Origin: a virus
Reading direction: 5' to 3' (one strand)
Length of the DNA: 64,000 nucleotides
Virus record (IMG/VR): IMGVR_UViG_3300028571_000013
Span: 61,190-125,189 of that record
A program made the position numbers and the translations under genes. Below the pieces are notes generated by a model that ran no database searches, was not told where the DNA came from, and worked only from the letters and a program-made list of their open reading frames with translations. Positions 19,301-28,300 of this stretch are shown here, piece after piece (positions within the stretch are counted from its first letter, which is position 1; each line of letters begins with the position of its first letter).

Positions 19301-22300
19301 AAAGGACTTGGTACGATGTTTTTGAGCATAATCCAGAGGGTGGGGCTAAAGTTGTTCATAGTGGATCTTTTGATGAAGTATTAAAATTTTTACAAGATAA
19401 TAGGAGTAAAGATACTGAGCAAAAATCTAGCGAAGATCCAATGAAAAAACTAGCTGGTGGTGGTCGTATCAAATTATACCATGGATCAAATACTGGTGTC
19501 GATGATGCCACACTTAAAAGTTTTAAAGAAAAGGGGGCTTTGTCAGATGTTGCCCAAGGATATGGTCAAGGTGCTGGCTTTTATGTTTATAGCGGTAAAG
19601 AAAAGGCTAAAGAACAAGCTCAAATGAGAGTTAAGGGTGGACTAGGTTCTTTTGCTGTTGTTAGTGGAGATACTGCTGGTAAGCCGATGGTATTAACTTT
19701 TGAAGAAGCACTAGATCCAGCTACATGGGACTTAGATTATGAGTTAAATAAAGGTTCGGTAGTTAAATGGTTAGCACAAAATTTTGATAAGATTAAAGAT
19801 AAAGTTGCTCCTGGCGAAAAACTAACAGGAATCAAGGATGTTGTTAGTCCTGATAGTTCTAAAGGAATAATGTCACATGGTATTAGAGTACAAAGCGATA
19901 CTGGGTCTATAAAAACCATATATTCCGGTATAGATTCTGATCTTAGAGAAGGAGAGCTTGTTGGACAAATAATGAATCGTCTTCAGTCCAATGATCCAGA
20001 GATGGTTCATGGTTTTGAGAATCAGTTCTTTAAGAGTCCATCACTAGCTAGTGGAGAATGGGATAATTTAGCATTAAAATATGTTGGATCATCTCCATTG
20101 AAACCAGTTGATATTGAAACATTTGCCGCTGGAGGAAGTGTTCAACAATTTGCTAGAGGCGGAGTGCCAGCATTGGTTAGTAATGGTGAGGCTTATATCC
20201 CACCCTCAACTGCTAAAAGTATAGGATATGGAACCTTAAATCGTATGAATCAAGCTGATAAAAATGGTATGGGGCGTTTTGCGGTAGGTGGTGGCGTTGG
20301 GGTTTTCAAGGGGCCGGGTAGCGGCACTAGTGATAGTATCAGAACCAATTTACCAGTTGGTAGTTTTATTTTAAGGGAAAAGGCAACCAAAGCTTTAGGG
20401 TTTAATCGTGGTGGCAGTGTTGGCGTTCGTAAATTTGCCACAGGAGGCGGTGTTGGTGCTGATAGAATGGACTATCTAAATAGAATAGCAGATAAGTTGG
20501 GTATTACAGTTCAGCAGTATGAGCGCAGTATCAGAGAAAAAATCTATAAATCTGCTAAGGGTAGTGCGGAATCTAAAACATCAGCACAATCAGATGTTGG
20601 CGATGTTTTAATTAAGAATTTAGAAAATATTGGAGATGCTAGTGTTGAGCAAGCTACTAGAGAATCATTAACAGAACTTATTAGTAAGATAGATCCAAAT
20701 ATAGATGCTACTAAACTTGGATCTACTATTGATGATGTTATTACTGGTATGAAGAATGGTTTATCTGTTGATGAACTCAAACAGACTTCTAGTGATCTTA
20801 AAGATATCTTAGAAAAGGATATTTCTATAGTATCAGAACTTGCTGATGCTCATAAAAAATATGAATCAGAGTTGGGTTTCTTGACAGGTAAGATGAAAGT
20901 TAGGGGTATTGATGTTAGAGCGCAAAAATCTCTCAAAGAGGGTAAGTTTGGAGCATTAGAGTCTGGTAATCTTAGACAAGCACAAAGAAATTTAGAGTCC
21001 CCAACAGGACAAAGAATAGATAAGTTTGGAGAAGCTCTTAAAACACAAAATATTCCGGGTATGAAATTATTATCTTCTGCTTTTCCAAAAGTTGCAGATC
21101 GTCTAACAACACTTGGAGATAAGATTGGTGGAGTTACCGGTATCATAGGAAGTGGATCAGCATTATTAAGTACTCAAATGCCTGGGTTTTTAAAATCTAT
21201 TGATGCATTTGCTGGTACTGTATCTGAGGCTAGTCCAGCCGTTGCTGGATTGCAAGGAGCTCTCAGAGATGCTGGTTCTTTTGGACTAAGTGGAGCTATT
21301 GTTGGTAAACAAGCTTTTGGAGCCAAGGGTGCTGCTGTTGGTGGTGCTGTTGGATTAGCTGGTGGCGCCGTATCTGGCTTTATTAAAGAGTCAACGTCTA
21401 AAGAAGTTGAACTAGCTATGAAGGGCGTTTCAGCTGCTTCATCAGATTTGGACAAAACACTCAGTCAATTATCAGGCGCTAAAACTTTTGGAGAACGAGC
21501 AGAGCTACAAGATAGGGCTGCTAAAAACTATGAAGCTCTTAATACTGCTTTAGAAAAATCGACCAGTACAATACAACAAAATAAAATTTGGACTTCGTTA
21601 GCAAGTGGCCTAGAAGGCTTTTTAAGCGGACTAACTATGGTTATAGGATTCATGGCCGCTGCTCAAATGGGTGGACCAACTCTTGGTCCTGGCTCTGGTA
21701 AAGGCAGTAAAGGCAAAAAAGGTGGTGGCGGTAAAGGTAAAAAAGCAGCTGGTGGTCCGATAGGATTTGCTAATGGTGGTTTAGTGCCAGTTAAGTTGGC
21801 TGACGGAGAGGGAGTTTTTACTCCTCCATTACCTGCTAGTACTGGCGAAATGAAAAAAATGAATAATGCGGACAGAAATGGTTATAAGCCGTCTTTTTCT
21901 GGTGCAATGTCGATTGTTCCTGGTGGTGGTAGCGGCAAGGTTGATAATTTTGAAACTATGCTACCAGAAGGTTCTTATGTCGTAAGAGCTGATGCTATGA
22001 AAGCTATGCAAGAACAGGAGATGGCAACAAGCAATAAGGGTGGTTCCATAGGAGCACATCAATCTAAGATTAGCATAACAGGTTCGACGCCCAAATTATC
22101 TTCCGGTGGAGAAGTACAACACTTTGCATCAGGTGGACAAATACAAAGACTAGCTAGTGGAGGAGGAACAAGGGGTTATGCTGTCGGAGGTATTGTTAAT
22201 CTGATAATGCGAGGACTAAAGATGGGACTAGGTTCTGCCCTTGGTGCGGCTGTGATGAATGGTCTATTAAGTGCTCTTGGTCAATTTTTTGATACAAGCG

Positions 22301-25300
22301 CACAAGATGTACAACTACAAGCAGAACTTCAAGCATTAGATCAATTAAGACGCATAGCAGATAATAGTGAGGCTTTTGCCACTGGAAATAAATCTTATGC
22401 TAATAGAATAATGAGAAATAGTGATGTTGTTGAAAAAGCATCATTAACTCCAGAAGAAAGAAGAGCCTCTTATGGCCGCAAGGAGAGCGGAGGAAAGCTT
22501 AATAGCTTAAATATACTACAAGAACAGGAGATGAGAAGCTCTCTTGGTGCTGAAGGTATGGTTGTGAATGATCAACAGAGCGTTCAGGAGTATCTCGATA
22601 CTCTTGGTGCTGGTTCTGAAAAACGTAAAAAGGCTGATGCAGCTATAGTTAAAGCTCAAGAACGTTTACGTAAAAGAATATATATAGAAGCTCGCGTAAG
22701 ACAGGGACAAGATAAAGAAGTTGCTCGTAAAGAATATGAAGGGGCTATTGGTAAAGACGGCAAAGTTCGTAATGCTAAATCTGCTGGTAAAGTTAATAAC
22801 TTAGTAGATCAAGAACTGGGTAGAGAAAATAGATCCCGAGTATTAGCTGATAGATTAGAGATAATAAATAGAGATGTTAAGAAATTTACTCTGAATATTA
22901 GCGATGTAATGAGTCGTTTGTCTTCTTCTATGGCTAGAATAGTTAGTGAGATTGATGCTAGTGCTACTAGGGCTATGAATATTTCTGGAGAGTTTTCTGG
23001 TCAAGGAGCAAGAGCTAATGAACCAGATGCTCAAAATGTAAGAGTTCTTGAAAATATCACAGCATATACCAGAGACGAACTATCTTCTGTTGTTGATAAT
23101 GTTACTGCTGGTCTTGGAGATAACGAGCAAACAAAACAAATAGGAAGCTTTGTTAAAGGTCTACAGGCTATTGAACAAGAACTGCCACTGATTCTTAGAG
23201 ATACAGAAGGAGGAAATCTTGAGGCTGGCTCTCGTTCGAATATAGAATCTAGATTGAGCGATATGTTTGCTGGATTAGACATGGCTCCTGGTATTCGTAA
23301 AAAATTAGAAGATAGTGTTTTGGAGTGGATTGATAGTGGAACATCTATTAATAGAAAGGGCATGTCTGTAGATGATCTTGCTGATAATATTCAAGCATTT
23401 AAAGAACTTAAAGATTCTGGAGAAAAAGCTAGGAAAACTTTAGAGGATTATGCTAGAAAACAACTTGAGGTAAATCGTAAGCTTGGAGCTATGTCGGATT
23501 CGTTAGCTGCTCAATTTGATAAGCTAGCAGATAACTCCATTAAAGTTAAAGATATTAACTTACAGGCCGCACTGCAACTTAAGGAAAAATTTGGACAAAC
23601 ACTCTCTCTAAGAGAGATGACATCACCATTTGAAGCATCTGTTGGCGGACTAACTGGTGGATTAACTGATCCTGCTACTATTGGTCAAGAAATATCAAAA
23701 GCTATTGCAGAAAAGAGAATTCTAGAAGCTGATCCTTCTAAATCTACTAGCGCTTTGGGTTCTGGAGATATAGCAAAACTCACCTCAAAAATTAATAAGT
23801 ATACTAAAGCTCTTGATCTATTGGCAAACAATACAGATAGGGCCTCTGCTGCTCTTAAGAAAATTGATGAACAATCTCAAATTTCTGCTGGTCGTCGTCG
23901 TAGTGTGATGGACTTCTTTGATATTATAGATAACCCAGAAGCTATGCTGGGTTTTGCTAAAGAGACACAATCATATGGTAGAGTTATGGGTGGTGCTGGT
24001 AGTATTGGAGATATTAAGGGAGCAAAGTCAACACTACAAAGTTTAGAAGGAACAAAAACGCCAGAAGAATATCAAAGACTACAACAACAATTCTTTGATA
24101 ACGTAACAAGAATACTTGCTAATGCTGGTGGTGATCCTGCTGTTTTTAATCAATTCAAAGATATGTTTGCTGGTGATTTTGGTAGAACTGAAGATAATCC
24201 ACAAATCAAACCATATATTGATGCATTTAATCAAGCAGCCACAGTACAAACGCAAGCAGTAAGAACACAGTCTGATCTTATTAGACAGGGTGGAGAACTA
24301 TTATCCAGAGCATTGTCCACATCTGCTGATGATTTTACCAATAAGATGCAAACTGCTATTACTAATATTGTTAATGAGTTAAATGCTGTGGCTACCAGAT
24401 TAGGCGTAGGGGGCGGCGCTGTTCCAGCCCCACCACATGCTAAGGGCGGCTTAATAAATTATTATGCTATGGGTTCTATGGTCGATTTTGCCCCTAAGGG
24501 AACAGATACTGTTCCAGCAATGTTAACGCCAGGAGAATTCGTCGTTAACAGAGCTGCAACATCAAGGAATCTTCCACTACTACAAAATATTAATAGTGGT
24601 AAATATAGTAGTGGTGGAAGTGTTAAATATTTAGCTAAAGGAGGTTTATTAGACCGTAGTGTACGCACTAGGTTCCCAATGGTACCAGACACAGAGTGGG
24701 ATAAATTAGCTGGCACATCTGATCATATACCATTGAGTAGTTTTCCACAAAGCGATTTGTTAAAATATGTAGATTTTAGATCAGCGTCTAAAGATAATGT
24801 ATTAAATAAATCAGAACTAGATAGTTATAATTCGGCAGTACAACAACATCATGACAGATACCTCTCAGGATCTGCTCAACAAAAATATAAGGTGTTGTCA
24901 GACAATAATCTTTTGATAGATAATTTACAAAAAGAAAAGAAACAATCTTCTGGATTTTTAGGTTTTGGAGGGGACAAAAATAAAACTAAACAAACTAGTC
25001 AAGCTTTAAACAAAGCAATAGCATTTAGAGATAAAGAACTTAAAGCTGGTTCAGGTTTAGATTGGTACAAAACTTATGAAGCTGCTCATGCTATACAGAA
25101 TAATAAACGAATCACTGGCGGGCGTAACATATTAGAAGAGAATTATTTCGGTGGAGATAGAAATTTTCCATTTACTCCAGAATTTATGAAGGTGGATAAT
25201 GCTTTTAGAAACGCTAAATTAGGTCTTGAGCCAGCTGATTTTGAAAGTTTAATGTATGGCTTGGCTAGTAAAGCAATTCCCGGAGTATTGGGTGCTGTTG

Positions 25301-28300
25301 GTGGTGGTTTAGGTGCCATTGCTGGTGGATCCATCGGAACTTTGGGTGGTTTGATTACTGGCCCAGGAGCAATCGTTACAGGAACTGCTGGAGCATTATC
25401 TTTAGGCTTTACTGGAGGTATGCTTGGAGATCAAATAGGACAAAATATAAATTCATATATATGGGATAAATATATTCCAGAATCTATGAAGAATAGAGTT
25501 ATGGAGAAGATGAAGGCTAGTCCAGAATCATATTCAGGAGGCCAGTGGATAGGCTTTGGTGCTGAGTTGATGGGAGGTGCTGCTGCTGATGATATGATAA
25601 GAAAGGGTATGACATCAGCTTTTGGTAAAGCCACCTCAGTAAGCGCAAAAATGTTACAGAATGGCTCTATCACATCCAATGCTATTAAGCTTGCTCCTAA
25701 TAGTATTCCTATCGCTAATGCTGATGAAATTACTAATAGAAGTTTAGCATTATTTAAAGGTGGGGCTGAGCAAACTGTTCAAAAATCGAAGAGAGTGGTT
25801 GGTGGCAGTGGAAAGGTAGCAGTCCCAGAAATGCCAGCACCCAAATCAGAAGCTCCAGCTGGTGGACGAGCAACAGCAACAGTATCTCCTCGTAATTTGA
25901 AAGCTATTCAAGAACTCTTACAAAATTCTGGACTTAAGTACAACAATGTTGATAATTTATTAGATGACTTGGTTCGTAATCCTTCTGGTAAGGGGGTTTT
26001 TGAGATTCTTGGTAAGCCACCACAAACTGGTTCTGGAGTTCTAAAGCTTCAGAGATTATTACACCCAGACACTGCTGCAACATATTTACCAGATATTTCA
26101 GCAGATATACTTAATACGGGAAGTAAGAAATTTCAAAGAATCTTTAATATAGCTCAAAATAAAGATATTTTGAATAGATATTCATCTTTAATAGATGATG
26201 GATATTCTCCAAATAATATCGTTGATGCATTTAAGGGTAACGATCCTCCATATTTTATTAGAAGTCAGTTGGGACAAAAACCAGGCGCTCCAAAGTCAAG
26301 AGCCAAGGCTCCGGAAGCAAGTACAGGAACAGCTACTCCCAAACCTGGATCGACAACGCCACCTCAGCCAAAAACAGATGTTCCACCAAGAGGAAAAGCT
26401 CCAGAAAGTTCAACATCTGCTACTCCAAAACCAACAGATATGTCGGCACCACCAAAACCAACTGATATGTCAGCACCACCAAAACCATCCCGTGGTAAAG
26501 CTGGTGACGGCAGCACTGGAACTAAACCAAAGCCAACACCCCCAAAGGCCCCATCTGGAGCACCATGGTCCGATACTGTTAAGACCAAGCTTGCTCAATT
26601 ATGGGAAAATAGTAAAAATACTGTTGGATCAGCTAAAAATTTCTGGGATAAATTACCATCTTGGGCTAGAAAGGGTATAAGTTGGGGTAGTACAGGATTA
26701 GGTTTGTATGGAGGCAAAGCTATATGGGATTGGGCTACCGGAAATTCATCAGTCACCATTCCAGATGCTACCCCTTCTGGAACTCCTACTGGCGGACCAC
26801 TACCTCCATCTACATTTGGCGACGACCCATTAGAACCTATTAAATATGCTGTTGAAGAAGCTAAACGTAAATATGAATCGACACAAGCTGGTAGAATGGA
26901 TGCTTTCAAAACACAAGATGGTCAATATAGTTTTGGACAGGTTGTGAGTGCTGCTGCTAATCTTGGTCTTAAAGATCCAATGGGTATCACGGACTTCAGA
27001 GCACGATATGCTAAAATACCAAAATTTGAACTTGGAGATGGCTCTGAGGCTGGACAACTATTAACACAAAAAGAAAGACAAGATAAACAAGACGAGCTAG
27101 ATAGTCTAAACAATCAAATAGGCGATATTGCTCAATATGATGTCGATAATGATCCAAATATTAAGGTTCTACTTGGTAGAAGAAATGAACTACGCAAGCA
27201 GTTGGAGAGTGACTATAGGGGACAGCTTAATCTTGGAGTGCCTACAGGAGATAAGCCTCCTAAGTTTACGTTATCAAGTCCAAAAGTTCCCAGATCCAAA
27301 GAAGACTTTGGGTTAACAGACGATATGATTGATCCAGTTTCGGGTAAGCCACTACCGGGCTTAGTCAACGCTGCTAAAGATAGTCCAATAATTAAAGAGT
27401 TGTCAAATCTAACTTCACATCAAGCAACCCTTAATAGAAAGGATGACTCAGGAAGCGCCACACCTGGACAAACTAATGGATCATTATTATCAAAATATAA
27501 ATTAGATTTTGAAGATTTAGAGAAAGAATCAGCAAACGCTAATATGCGTAATGGACAAGATCTTCTTAATAGATTTAATAAATTGAAGAAGTCTTATGTT
27601 AAAGATTTTGGACCAGTCAATGATCTTGACGATCAAGATATAGCATTTGGTATGGATGCTCAAGGAAAAGCAAAAGCACAGGGAGAGGTTATTAGGAAAC
27701 ATTTGGGCGGCAAATTAGGAGATAGCTCTTTTGTTGGAGCTCCATTTAAAGGTGGTCAATCTAATGGAGCAACACCACAAGAAAAAGCAAAAGCTCGTAA
27801 AGCTATCGATGAAATGAAGACTAAGTATGGAGTATCAACAGATGATGAATTAAAAAACAAACTAGAGGGTGCCTCTGTTAAAGAACAAAAAATTATCAAT
27901 GCTGATAAAGGATGGACAAGATTTGATAATAATAAGAAGACATATCATAGTGAATTAGAAAAATATTGGATGATAAGGGCAAGATGGGAAAATAGAGAAA
28001 AATTAAAGGCTGATCCAACTTTAATGATGACAGGTTCTCCAAATTTAAGCTCTGAAGATGTAACAAAACTTAATACAGAAATACAGGATTTGGATGGTCA
28101 GATACAGACTGCTGCTCCAGGTAAGCAAGATGTCGATGACCTAGTTCGTCGTAGACAAGAAAAGCTTGATCAACTACATCAAGGTCAAGGTATTAAGTTT
28201 GAATCAGTTCCACCTATGGAATATTTGTTATTTAATACTCCACATGATTCATCCCATCTTAATCCATTTAATACATTTGATAATAATTCATATGCTTATG

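Noticed and set aside
24760-24830. EF-hand-like motif DFRSASKDNVLNKSEL in the TMP
   Set aside because: Loop spacing is non-canonical and there is no convincing partner hand; too weak to call.
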